DNA of 64,000 nt from a virus: positions 28,213 to 92,212 of IMG/VR virus record IMGVR_UViG_3300036985_002432, one strand, 5' to 3'. The stretch's first letter is position 1. Each line of letters begins with the position of its first letter. The notes beneath the pieces are model-generated. The model saw only the letters and a program-made list of their open reading frames with translations, made no database searches and was not told the origin of the DNA. This document shows positions 11,201 to 21,700 of this stretch, in pieces. A program made the position numbers and the translations under genes.

Positions 11201-12705
11201 AAGAAGAACCTAATACAGAAGAAATGCCACCAATGGTAAATACTGCTGGACCAATGATTGGTGCTGAAGATATGGTACAAGAATATGAACAACCTTTTTC
11301 AGAAAAAGTTGATTTAATGAATTCTCAATTACAAGTTCCTGATTATTATCCTAATTCAATGGGTGATAGATTAACTCAAGAACAAGTAAGTCAAAATTTA
11401 AATGAAAATTTACAAGGTGTAGGATATATGCCGGAAAATGAATTATTAAATTATGATCATTATGATTCATCAAATGATTTTAAATTAGATCCAATTACTA
11501 ATAAACCAGTAATTAGACAAAGAATTAATAGACGTAATACAAATCCATCTAGTAATAATAGAGTAACTACTAATAATAATAATAATAATAATAGAGCAGT
11601 TAATAATAAATCTGATGATGCACCTATTGAAAAAGTAAATTCAAATGTATCAAAAACAACTTTAACACCAAAACAACAAAAAGCAGATCAAGAATATAAA
11701 AGAAAACAAGTAGAACAAGAAGCAAGATCATATATAGTTCCTGAAGGTTCTAATCCTATTTATAATAATTCTGATGAAGTAATTTCAGATGTAGCTAAAC
11801 GACAAGAACAAGCTCAAAAAAGTTTTAGACAAGCTCAAGAAAAGTTTAAAAAAACATATGGTATTGATCAATCTACATTAGAAATGTATTTAAATGTAGA
11901 AAATACAGATCAAGCTAGATCAATGGAAAAAGCTTACCCACAATTAAAACAAGCAGCTATTAAATATAAACCAGTATATACTAGACAAGCTCAAGAAAAA
12001 GCTGTACAAGATATTTTTAATAGAGCAACAACAATGTTCCAACGTCAATATGGTGGTAATGCACTTCCTAAAGCTCAATTTGGCCCTCCTGAAGATATAC
12101 CATTTGGATATTTTAAAGATCCTAATGGAACAGGAGTTTATAGAAATTTAGCCGGTGAAATTTATAAACCTAAAACTAATCTTGAAGGTAATACAGATAA
12201 GTTAATGGGTAATGAATTTACTCAAGAAGGTAATGGATTAACTACAGACAAATCTATGGGTTTTGATTCATCTGGTACTGGTTATAGAAATGAAGGTTTA
12301 TTATCTGATGAAGAAAAACAAGCAGGTGCTATGAATAAAGTATCTCAAAAGTTTAAGAATAAACAAGAGTGGAATATAGATGCTAAAGGTGCATTAGATT
12401 TTGGTAATATGGCTGGTAATAAACTAGCTGGATTTTTAGAAAGATCTCAACAAGCTAAACAAAATAGAAACATGGGTAGTAAATATGATGCTTCTAATTT
12501 GTATGCACAAACAGATGAAAGAGATAGAGGTACCTATGGTCAAGAAGGTGATTTTAAACCAAATGAAACTGGATTTAAAGGTGTAGTTAAGTATGGTGGC
12601 TACATGGAAGAAGGTGGTAGTTATGAAGAAGGTGGTGACACTTGGATGTCTGAAGAACAAATACAACAGTTCTTGGCTGAAGGTGGTGAATTAGAATTTG
12701 TTTAA
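8236..12705 (+). CDS. Putative virion cargo/internal protein, low complexity (Q/E/N/G/M-rich)
   Basis: 1489-aa ORF with more than 10 xxGG motifs; position in the virion block. Confidence 0.55.
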   Translation: MKRRVRIYKAGGQHGSYINKTAQYFQEGGMQMQEEVAPEEQPAQEPSDEQVITFIMQTLSQPNGSIEQAKQQLVQANINPARITQLSEAALEYINQQQDIALAEATGNEEDAAAMQLEQDANDRAVAEEEQAAQQAAQNQEMYAQSEESAVDPNENDDSSAAYMRSGGMPNKRAYISNFIKLAKKQEGGDTEESKSDIKTDIPVGGRVEKVSKFHNALKSTANNVALKEQAEKQYEQQMQQMQQMPPQGYAQDGGDTESGVSDFDPYHNLEHYSGAFEHSMPFNALTEAQFGGWGHGRERRAARRMNRMMPQGFNQMANIMGNMGNQMINPFMQQQMNSLAQFMPNQGNLGLANIDVRRTGIFGRPKEYTINFNTASPVTIKDVADTKKQEINNAETTKKEVEETVKEEETNTATTKNAEVEKTADELPEESDITVTTNEVKRNSGKNLSGGNENVNVIGNGTGIMPIPEQQPIQSKGVIQNAINKANQYPSIGTNQNITPITGAKVGPFDFTKIANVGQGMGNVLAQTVQDKAKAEKIAKWKEHLRQEKINALPFLEKQMWYAQHPEDKPKIKPGKKPISTSNNGVIKWQQGGFTDPNSGLYKFMGGGEDMDQANLDYSDSKNISTPYFSNGGLYRFQKEGEVTDENTCLPGMTGCFPQGSAGNKEVVELTEDEKAAKVIADKEAADKLVASKIASDKLAAETARNAYIDEQMKKGNNTNGNIDYENFNYAQQYLQNLGLGANNPFSFISRGNNWNKAIGSPYGTGTLNPISGMIGPNAQVSSINVDKTRMFGPNKGAPKKFTVNYNVPGQPGINASGTPQSYVGSDGQTHWMNNGNQSSKGNQETGRKRPVADMLLRSRVPGLQQLGAKMYPWENNNTSESMSGLHDKGDEAYKEHFGHYPGEEKISTKFIHPTQDQLENETYGPIPGSTPETDSGYQLDAEGMRAIPQYESPYSKLQTRPLERFTNTPELVPMNFPGVGSNYRERQEEPNTEEMPPMVNTAGPMIGAEDMVQEYEQPFSEKVDLMNSQLQVPDYYPNSMGDRLTQEQVSQNLNENLQGVGYMPENELLNYDHYDSSNDFKLDPITNKPVIRQRINRRNTNPSSNNRVTTNNNNNNNRAVNNKSDDAPIEKVNSNVSKTTLTPKQQKADQEYKRKQVEQEARSYIVPEGSNPIYNNSDEVISDVAKRQEQAQKSFRQAQEKFKKTYGIDQSTLEMYLNVENTDQARSMEKAYPQLKQAAIKYKPVYTRQAQEKAVQDIFNRATTMFQRQYGGNALPKAQFGPPEDIPFGYFKDPNGTGVYRNLAGEIYKPKTNLEGNTDKLMGNEFTQEGNGLTTDKSMGFDSSGTGYRNEGLLSDEEKQAGAMNKVSQKFKNKQEWNIDAKGALDFGNMAGNKLAGFLERSQQAKQNRNMGSKYDASNLYAQTDERDRGTYGQEGDFKPNETGFKGVVKYGGYMEEGGSYEEGGDTWMSEEQIQQFLAEGGELEFV
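11572..11592 (+). repeat. (AAT)7 microsatellite encoding poly-Asn
   Basis: Read directly; in frame within the 1489-aa ORF. Confidence 0.9.
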
Positions 12706-12715
12706 AAATATAGTT

Positions 12716-15019
12716 ATGTATCATAAAGTAAGAATAACCAAATTACCAGGTAAAGCTAGAGGTGGTAAAATTAATGGTAATAGAATAGTACCAAATCAAT
12801 CACTTAGTTTTGGTGGAGCAGATATGAAGTCTGGTCCTAAAAATATTAGTGTAGCTAATACTATCTCAGCAGTACCACGGAATCAAGCTAATTTAGAGGC
12901 TGAAGGAGGGGAAACTGTTTATGGTGACATTAATGGGGATGGTATGGCAGAACACCTTGTGATTAAAGGGCCAAGACATTCATCCGGTGGTGTTCCATTA
13001 AATCTTCCTGATGATACTTTTATCTTTAGTGATACTAGAAGTATGCGTCTTAAAGATCCTAATATGTTAGCACAATTTGGTAAGAGTGTAAAAAAAGGTC
13101 AGTCATATACTCCAGCAGAATTAGCTAAACAATATGATTTAAGTAAGTATAGAAAAATGTTACAAGATCCTGAGTCAGGTGATCTTGAAAGAAAAACTGC
13201 AGAGATAATGATCCGTAACTATACTATGAAGTTAGGAGCATTAGCATTAGCACAAGAAAGTAAAAAAGGCTTTCCTCAAGGTATACCAGAAGTGGCTAGA
13301 CCATACATGGATGCTAATGATATTAAAGATGAAGACTTAATACCAAAGTTAGCTCAAGAACAAGAACAACAATCTGCTGAAGAAGAAGGTGCTGAGCAAG
13401 GTGAAGAACAGAATCCAGAAGAAGAAATGATGGAAGCTCCAGAGCAAATGCCTAATGGAGAACAAGTTGCTATGCCTCAAGAAATGCAACAACCAATGGC
13501 TCAATATGGATATCAAATGACTGAAGATACAATGCCTTTTAATCCAGGTTATATGTATCCAGAATATGAAACATATGAGCAAACACCAACTCAATATGCT
13601 AGAGGAGGTTCTTTGCCTAAAGCACAGGATGGTGCAGCAACTCCTCCATATGGAATGGATGAAGCATATACTCCTAAAGGTGTAGTAAGATTAAATCAAT
13701 ATAGAGTTAAATACGGTCTTCCTCCAATTGGTGGTAAAGGTAAACCACTTACTAAAGCAGATATTAAAAAAGCTGCAGGTGAAATGCAACAAGTTATTAT
13801 TGAAAAAAATCCTGAGTTAGTATTACACTATATTCAAAATAAAAGTCATGCACCAAGTAATGCTATTAAGCAAAAATTAGGTGTAAAAACAAATGCTGAT
13901 ATTGCTAAAAAATTAAAAGAAGGAAAAATAAAAGCTTCTGATATTACCAGTGCATATAAAGATGACCAATGGTGGTACCGTGCTATTGATACTCAATCTA
14001 AAGTTTTATCAAAGGCTGACTATGAAGCAAAAATGAAACAAGAAAATGCAATTTTACAAGGTGATAAAAAATATTTTAATGAAGATCCTAGTAATCCAGA
14101 AATGTATACTGAATATACAATGGCTGAAGATGCACCTATTGTAACTGAAGAAGAAAAAGATATTGAAGTTATTGATAGAGGAGATGATGCTGAAGAACTT
14201 GATATAGAAGACGCACCAAGAAACGTTGATGCTCAATGGATGACACCAGATAAAATAAATTTTTATGGTGCTATGAAAGATAAGTCAAGAATTAAAAAGT
14301 TTATGCCTTGGGCTCCAAGAACAGAGTTAGAAGTACCAACTATGACTTACTTAGATCCTACTAGAGAGTTAGGTCAACAAAGTGAATATGCAAACTTAAT
14401 GGCACAGCAATTAGGTCAGTTTACAGGACCTCAAGCTTTTGCATCTAATATGTCTAGTATTCAAGGAACTGGTGCTGAACAAGCAGCAAATACTTTATCA
14501 AGAATTAATAATGCTAATGTATCTGCATCTAATTCATTTGCACAAAATGCTGCCAATATTAGAAACCAAGAACAAGGTATTAATCAAACTTCAGCACAAA
14601 CATTATATGATCAGAATACAATGGCTGATCAACAATTCTTAAATGCTAAAATTGCAGCAGATCAAAATGTAAGACAAGCATTTGGAACTGGTTGGAAAAA
14701 TGCATCTAACTTAGCTTTAACTAATGGATTGTATTCACAATATGATATAGATCCTAGAACTGGTAACTTATGGTTTGAAGGTGGTAAAGATATTGTACCT
14801 ACTCATTCACAAGCAATTTCAGAAAGAGCAATGGAAATACATGATGGTGGAGTAGATGATTGGAAAATTGCATATCAAATGGCTAAAGATGAATATAATC
14901 AAAATGATGTAGCTGCAGTTGATATGGAAGAAATCATGAATAACACATTAAAAAAAGGTGGTCAAGCAAACATGGGTTATGTTATGGGGTCAAATGTATT
15001 TCCCTTTATGTTTTACTAA
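12716..15019 (+). CDS. Putative virion cargo protein (crAss-like)
   Basis: ATG at 12716 (MYHKVRITKLP) preferred over the overlapping TTG at 12698; EAEGGE...GPRHSSGGVP motif of the kind seen in crAss-like virion proteins; xxGG motifs. Confidence 0.55.
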   Translation: MYHKVRITKLPGKARGGKINGNRIVPNQSLSFGGADMKSGPKNISVANTISAVPRNQANLEAEGGETVYGDINGDGMAEHLVIKGPRHSSGGVPLNLPDDTFIFSDTRSMRLKDPNMLAQFGKSVKKGQSYTPAELAKQYDLSKYRKMLQDPESGDLERKTAEIMIRNYTMKLGALALAQESKKGFPQGIPEVARPYMDANDIKDEDLIPKLAQEQEQQSAEEEGAEQGEEQNPEEEMMEAPEQMPNGEQVAMPQEMQQPMAQYGYQMTEDTMPFNPGYMYPEYETYEQTPTQYARGGSLPKAQDGAATPPYGMDEAYTPKGVVRLNQYRVKYGLPPIGGKGKPLTKADIKKAAGEMQQVIIEKNPELVLHYIQNKSHAPSNAIKQKLGVKTNADIAKKLKEGKIKASDITSAYKDDQWWYRAIDTQSKVLSKADYEAKMKQENAILQGDKKYFNEDPSNPEMYTEYTMAEDAPIVTEEEKDIEVIDRGDDAEELDIEDAPRNVDAQWMTPDKINFYGAMKDKSRIKKFMPWAPRTELEVPTMTYLDPTRELGQQSEYANLMAQQLGQFTGPQAFASNMSSIQGTGAEQAANTLSRINNANVSASNSFAQNAANIRNQEQGINQTSAQTLYDQNTMADQQFLNAKIAADQNVRQAFGTGWKNASNLALTNGLYSQYDIDPRTGNLWFEGGKDIVPTHSQAISERAMEIHDGGVDDWKIAYQMAKDEYNQNDVAAVDMEEIMNNTLKKGGQANMGYVMGSNVFPFMFY

Positions 15020-15068
15020 ACCTTATAAGTTTAGTAAACTTATAAAATTTTAATATATTTACAATATA
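15012..15068 (+). promoter_or_regulatory. Candidate phage late promoter, second copy, with overlapping 10-bp inverted repeats
   Basis: TTTACTAAAC-N6-AGTTTA-N20-TATATTTA-CAATATA; inverted repeats TTTACTAAAC/GTTTAGTAAA and TTATAAGTTT/AAACTTATAA. Confidence 0.55.
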
Positions 15069-15082
15069 GATAAAGATTAATT

Positions 15083-15718
15083 ATGGCAACGTATTTACAG
15101 TCAAGTCCCGGAATATATAAAATCACTAGTATGACTAATGGTAAGATATATGTTGGTTGTGCTTCTAATGTAAGAACTAGAATAAATGGACATCTTTATG
15201 ATTTAAGAAGAGAAAAACATAAAAACAGTTATTTACAAAAAGCATGGCTTAAGTATGGTGAAGAGAGTTTTGTTTTTGAAATAATTGAAAAATGTGATAT
15301 AACTGATTTACATGTTAGAGAACACTATTGGGTTAATAAATTTAATTGTCTAGATAGATCTATTGGTTATAATCTAAAACCAACAGATCCTAATGGGTGT
15401 TCTATTCATTCTGAAGAAACAAAAGAAAAATTAAGACAAGCTAATAAAGGTAAAAAACCTTCAGCACTATGTATTCAAAAACTTAAAGAAAGAACTCTTT
15501 CTTCAGAACATAAAGAAATAATGAGAAAGTCAAGAGAAGGTATAGATTATACAAAATTACATAGAGAAAAAAGAGGAAAAAAGGTTATAGACCAATCAAC
15601 AGGAATTATATATACTTCATTAGCTGAAGTTTGTGAATTACTTGGAATAACTAAAGGTTCTTTTTCAAGAATACTATTAGGAAAAAGAAAAAATAAAACA
15701 ACTTTTAAATACTTATAA
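15083..15718 (+). mobile_element. Free-standing GIY-YIG homing endonuclease gene (NUMOD3-like and C-terminal NUMOD1/HTH-like DNA-binding domains)
   Basis: GIYKIT..IYVGCA..R...H motif, catalytic-type REHYW, HSEETKEKLRQANKGKK (NUMOD3-like), YTSLAEVCELLGI (HTH-like). Confidence 0.9.
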
Positions 15719-15720
15719 CC

Positions 15721-18700
15721 ATGGCGACCTATTTAAGTGGTGTGACAGATTATATACCACAGTTTCAACCCTTTCAACCGGATTTGAATTTCTATAATAA
15801 TGTGTTACAAACAAAGCAAACACAATATGATAGTAACTATAAACAATTAAATAAAATTTATGGTAACTATTTTTATGCTGATTTGACACATGGAGATAAT
15901 ATTCAAAGAAAAGAAGAACTGTTAAAAAATATTGATGTCAGCCTTAAAAAAGTATCTGGCCTTGATTTATCATTGGAACAAAATGTAACTCAAGCAACTC
16001 AAGTTTTTAAACCATTTTATGAAGATCAATATCTTATGAAAGATATGGCCTTTACAAAAAACTATACAGCACAAAGAAATAGAGCTGAAGGTTTAAAGAA
16101 TTCAACAGATGAAGAAAAACGTGGGATGTATTGGGCTGATGGTGTTGCTGCATTAGATTTTCAAAGAGAAGAATTTAAAGAATCTAATATAGGAGATACA
16201 CTTAATATGGCAAATGCTAGTTACACTAACTATATTAATGTTCAAGAAAAAGCAATGAAGTTAACTAAAGAAGCTGGTTTATCAATTGAATCAGTAGACT
16301 TTAGTACAGATGGTAAATATATTGTTACAACTAAAAATGGTGAACAGTTAATGGAACCATTAAGTAAATTACTTGAATCTCAATTAGGATCAGATCCTGC
16401 TATTCAAGAAGTTTATAGAACACAAGCCTATGTAAATAGAAAAACATATGCTGCAGGTAATGCTGCTCAATTTGGTGGTGATAAGAATGCTGCTGAAATG
16501 AAATATCTTGAGACTAACTTTAACATGCTTAAAGCTCAACAACAAAAAAGATATGAGTCATTACAAGATGATTCAAAATCATATGAATCTAGAATTAAAG
16601 ATATACAAAAACAAATTGATGCTGGTAGTAAAAATCCAGACTTACCTAAATCTTTAGCAAGTTTACAACAGGGTAAACAAATAAATGATGATGTACTTGC
16701 AAGAATACAAAAAGATAATGACTCTTTAAAGACAGATGAAAAAACTGCTACTACAACTACTGGATTTGTAAATCCTTATGGTGATATTAAATCATTAAGA
16801 TGGAAAGTAGATAATGCTATGGCATCAATTTTAATGGAAAAAGATCTTGATGAGTCAGCTCAAATATTTGCTTTTAGAGATGCTAAACAAAGTATGGTAG
16901 CAGATCCATTTGCAGTAAGTGCACAGAATCATTCATATAGAATGCAAGAAGTTGCTTCTGCTAATGCAAGTAGAGAAAGAGTTGCTGCTATTAATAATGC
17001 AGCTGCTGATAAAAGAGCAAAGAATACATGGGATTTAAGTACAGGTGCATATCATTATGATACAGAAAAATATATTAAAGATGCTAATGGTGATGATATA
17101 TTAAATCCTAATTATAATCAAGTTGTACCAAATGAATCTTATAGTAATACATTTAGTGAGTTTGAAGATAAAGATATTGCAACTGGAGAGATAAATGTTA
17201 AAAATTTAAGTAGAACAATTTCTCAAAGACAAACAGATCAATATGCTGTACCTTATATGCAACAGTCATTAGCTTTATTAGATAAGTTAGTAACAGAAGG
17301 TGTAATGACTAAAGATCAAGCTAACAAAATATTACATACTGAAAAAGATAAAACTATGACAATTGAGAAGTTCAATAAAGGACTTCAAGGTAATTCAGAA
17401 TATTTTTTAAGAAATACAGTAGGTACAAATAGTTTAACTTGGATTAATAAAAAATTAAATTGGTGGGTAAAAAATAATAAAAGTGTAAGTGCTATTACTA
17501 AAGATGGTATTCCTGGTTATTCAAAAGCAAATGCTGACTTTAATAATTACATAGGTTATCTTGATGAAGATAAGAAATGGAGAAAAGACAGTTCAAAATT
17601 AGTTGAAGATAAACTTAAGTCTCAAGGATTAAAAAATGCACAATATTTATATAAACCTGATGGAACATTAAGAAGTGAAGCTGAATTTATGAAAGTTCTG
17701 CCTAAAGAAAGTAGAGAAGCTATAAATAACAAAGCAAACAAAGCTGCCGTAGATTATCTTACAGGTTTTTCTTTTGATAAAACTTGGACAGGTATTAAAG
17801 AAATATCTAAAATAGCACTAGCTACAACTACTATGAATACAGCTCCAGCAGAACTTGCTAAGGCACTTGCTAATTTACCGGTTGCTCAGCGTGAAGCATA
17901 TAAAAGAAAAATTGAAGAAGCTAAAAAAGAAGCAGGAGGTTATGAAGCTTTACTAAGTGCAGCTGGTAAATCATATTCATCAGCAACTATGAAAAAAGTT
18001 CCACCAGGTATAAGTAGTATTGGTGAAATGAGTGGAGCTGGAGTATTTACTCCAAGTAGACAATCTATTAATGTAGCTCCATTAGCATTTGGTACTAAAG
18101 GAAATGGTTACTTTCATGAATTTGCAAGAGACTTTAGAAAAATAGATTTTGCAACATCTGGTATTAGCTTCCATGGAACAAGTAGTACTAAAGATACTGA
18201 TGCAGGTAAAGCAATGATAAATGCTATGATTTCAGCAATGAATGATACTAAAAGTAAATTTAAACCCTTTAAAATGAGTAGTCAAGCAATTGCTGGAGGA
18301 TCAAGTAATAAAGGTGCAATGATATTACATCCTGATGCCGAATGGTTACAAAATTATATGAAAAGTGAAAAAGGTACAGCTGGACTTATAACTGCAGATG
18401 ATTATAATGCCATATTAACAAATGGTATTAGTGTTGTAAGTGATTCAAAAAACTGGACAAATGGTTTATATACTTCATCTTATTTAGATCCACTTCAATC
18501 TGTTGTAGAATCTAATCCTAATGGTTATGAATGGAATGATCCTTATGGTAACTATAATATGAAGATTAAAAAGAATACAATGGGCACTGGTGATTATAAT
18601 ATTCAAAGAACTTATAGATTATTAAATCAAGAAACAGGACAATATGAAGAAGTTTCAACTTTAAATAATACTAGTGTAATTGGTAATAATTTATCTAATG

Positions 18701-18759
18701 TTCAAAGAGGTATGTTTAATGAATCAGAAGAAGTAAGAACATATAATCAAGGATACTAA
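15721..18759 (+). CDS. Putative virion/ejection protein
   Basis: 1012-aa helical ORF, no cysteine seen, TAATG-coupled to the first giant gene. Confidence 0.55.
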   Translation: MATYLSGVTDYIPQFQPFQPDLNFYNNVLQTKQTQYDSNYKQLNKIYGNYFYADLTHGDNIQRKEELLKNIDVSLKKVSGLDLSLEQNVTQATQVFKPFYEDQYLMKDMAFTKNYTAQRNRAEGLKNSTDEEKRGMYWADGVAALDFQREEFKESNIGDTLNMANASYTNYINVQEKAMKLTKEAGLSIESVDFSTDGKYIVTTKNGEQLMEPLSKLLESQLGSDPAIQEVYRTQAYVNRKTYAAGNAAQFGGDKNAAEMKYLETNFNMLKAQQQKRYESLQDDSKSYESRIKDIQKQIDAGSKNPDLPKSLASLQQGKQINDDVLARIQKDNDSLKTDEKTATTTTGFVNPYGDIKSLRWKVDNAMASILMEKDLDESAQIFAFRDAKQSMVADPFAVSAQNHSYRMQEVASANASRERVAAINNAAADKRAKNTWDLSTGAYHYDTEKYIKDANGDDILNPNYNQVVPNESYSNTFSEFEDKDIATGEINVKNLSRTISQRQTDQYAVPYMQQSLALLDKLVTEGVMTKDQANKILHTEKDKTMTIEKFNKGLQGNSEYFLRNTVGTNSLTWINKKLNWWVKNNKSVSAITKDGIPGYSKANADFNNYIGYLDEDKKWRKDSSKLVEDKLKSQGLKNAQYLYKPDGTLRSEAEFMKVLPKESREAINNKANKAAVDYLTGFSFDKTWTGIKEISKIALATTTMNTAPAELAKALANLPVAQREAYKRKIEEAKKEAGGYEALLSAAGKSYSSATMKKVPPGISSIGEMSGAGVFTPSRQSINVAPLAFGTKGNGYFHEFARDFRKIDFATSGISFHGTSSTKDTDAGKAMINAMISAMNDTKSKFKPFKMSSQAIAGGSSNKGAMILHPDAEWLQNYMKSEKGTAGLITADDYNAILTNGISVVSDSKNWTNGLYTSSYLDPLQSVVESNPNGYEWNDPYGNYNMKIKKNTMGTGDYNIQRTYRLLNQETGQYEEVSTLNNTSVIGNNLSNVQRGMFNESEEVRTYNQGY

Positions 18760-21700
18760 TGGCAGAATCAAATACTCCTTTTAGTTCACTAGATGCATTA
18801 GGTTCTGGCTATGGTGGAATTGAAGCACCAAATTTAGATGAAAAAAGTTTATCTCCTTTTGAAGGTGAAAGACTATCTATGCCTACACCTGATTTTTCTA
18901 AGAGTCAACACTTTGTTCCAGTAGTACCTGGTTCAGATAATCTTGATAACAAACAACAACCTATTCATCAAGTTGTTGGAAATCCAGCACAAAAGCCAGC
19001 TACAAGTAAAAGATTATCTCCAAAAGAATTTGGTAAAGCTCTTGCAGCTAAAGGTGATGCTGTAATTCAAGCAAATCAAGATAAAAATGAATACTCAAGA
19101 ATTTATTCTTATGATGCAGGTCCTGGTGGAAATGCATTCTATGATAGATATAAAGCATATGGTCAAGAGACTTTTGATAAAATAGGGTTTCATCCTTTCA
19201 GAGATAATGAGGCTATATTTAATGCTGGTACATCTGGATGGCAAGATACTAAAAGAATGATGAGTCATGCTTTTTGGCCTTTATTTTCAAGAGGTTTTGT
19301 ATCAGGACCTAAGAGTTTAGCTAAAATGTTTCAAGGAGATTTTTCAGCTGATACAGAAGATGCTGAATTTTATTCTAGAGCAGCTGCAATTGGTAACTCT
19401 ACTAAAGGTGGTGTTGGTGGATTCTTAAATAATACAGCAATGAGTTTTGGATATACAGCAGGTATTATAACAGAAGCTGTACTTGAAGAAGCTTTAGCAA
19501 TTGGAGTAACTGCTGTAACCGGTGGTGGTGCTGCCCCAGCAGCATTTGTAGCAACAGCTAATGTTGGAAAAAATTTAGCAAGAGGTCTTAGAGGACTTGA
19601 ATATGCAGCTGATGGTATGAAAGCTGTTAATGCTACTATTAAAGGAGTAGAAAGTGTTGGTGCTGCTAGAAGATTTTGGAATGCAGCAAGAGAAAGTACT
19701 GCTATTACTAAAACTGCAAGATTTTTAAATCCATTAGAACATCTTACTGATGCTGCAGTTAAGATTGCTAAAAATGAAAATAACTTAACAGGTTTAGCAA
19801 GATTAACAGATGCTGGTAGAAAAACTGTTGGAGGATTCTATGGTGAAGTAAGAGGAATTAACATGGCTTTATCTGAAGCTAGGTTAGAAGGTGGAATGAA
19901 ACAAAATGATGTTTATAATAAGTTATATGATACTTATTATGCTAAACATAAAGAAGCACCATCTGATGCTTTACAACAAGACATGATGAATACTGCTAAA
20001 GAAGCAGGTATAAGTACACTACAATGGAATACTGCATTAATATTTATGTCTAATAAAATTGTATTAGATAATATTGTTGGTGTTAAAGGTAGAGGAGCAA
20101 GTTTTTTAGCTGCTAAAACAAAAGATGTATTAAACTTAGAAGGTGGTAAAATTGCAAGAACAACTGTAAAACAAACTTTAAAAAGTGGTAAAAAAATATT
20201 AGCACCTGTATTAAATTGGAGAAAACAAACATTAGTAAATACACTTAAATCATTTGCTAAAGATCCAATTAGAAAAAGTGTTACAGGAGGTATATCATAT
20301 TTTAAAAAAAATATAACTGAGGCTTTACAAGAAAATGCACAAGATGTTATAGCACAAGCTACAGAAAGTTATTATATTGATTCTTTTTCAAATGATAAAC
20401 TAGCTACATATGACTATGCAATGGGTCTTACAAAATCTGCTATCAAAGGTCAATTTACTGGTCAAGGTTTTGAAACATTTGCATCAGGTTTTGTAATGGG
20501 TATGTTTGCTGCACCATTAAACGGTGTACCACATTTATTAAATATTGGATATAATAAAGTTAAAAATCCTAAAGAATATGCTAAGTATGCAGCTATAAGA
20601 GATACCTATGGAAAAAACTTAGTTAATGAATTAAGTAATGTAGATATGGCAGATTTCTGGAATGCAAATGCTATTGGATTAGGTATGCAAGCTGGAGCAG
20701 AAACTGTAAGATTAACAGGTACTGAAAAACAATCAAGAGATGCAGCTGATGCTTCATTTAATAAAGCAATGATTAGAGCTGCAGATAATGATATGTTATT
20801 TCATTATAAAGAGACTTTAGAATCATATAAAGATTTAACAGCAGAAGAATTTGAAGAAGCTGTACCAAGTATACCAGCTGGAGAAGGTGCTAAGTATTTA
20901 GAAAAATTAGATACAGTTATTAGTAAGATTGATAGGATAGAACAAAAGCATGAGTATTATAAAAAGAATTTTCCTAATCCAATTAACTTAAGTCAATTAA
21001 ATAAAAATAGTGCAGATTATAATGATGCCGTAACAACCCATCATGCATGGAATGTTGCAGTAGGTAATGCTGTATTTTTAAATGGGTCTTTTGATAATAC
21101 AATGGAAAGGATGTCTAGTATTGTTAAAGATATTACATCTAATGGCCCACTTAAGAAAGCTACATTTAATGATATTAATGTTTTATTTGATAATAAAAAA
21201 TTAATCAATGAAGTTGATATGCTTGAGACTAATATAGAAAGCTTAAAGACATTACCAAAAACTGCAGAAAATACAAGTAAAATAGCAATACAAACTAAAA
21301 AATTAGAAACACTTAAAAACTATAGAGATGAATTAAATGTATATCTTCAACTTGATAGAAATAAAAAGAATATAATTGATAAGTTTAAAAAAGAAAATCC
21401 AGATGCTTCAATTGAAGAACTGGAAGAAGAATATGATGAAGTACATAGTGAACAAAAAGATAAACTAGAAGCTGTTTATAAAGATTACTTAAAAGTATTA
21501 GCTAAAGAATCTAATGATCATATTTTTAATAAAGATATTGATGAATCTTTTGTAAAGTTAATTGACTTCCATTCATTAGAAAATGAGTCACAAGCACTTG
21601 TTGAAAATATAAATCTATTACATAATCCAAAAGAATTTGTAGAACATGTACAAAGAAATAAAGTTTGGATGAAAGATTTATATGATAACCGTAGAGAATA

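Noticed and set aside
11572-11592. (AAT)7 tract as a phase-variation switch
   Set aside because: Trinucleotide unit keeps the frame and lies in a low-complexity Asn-rich linker.
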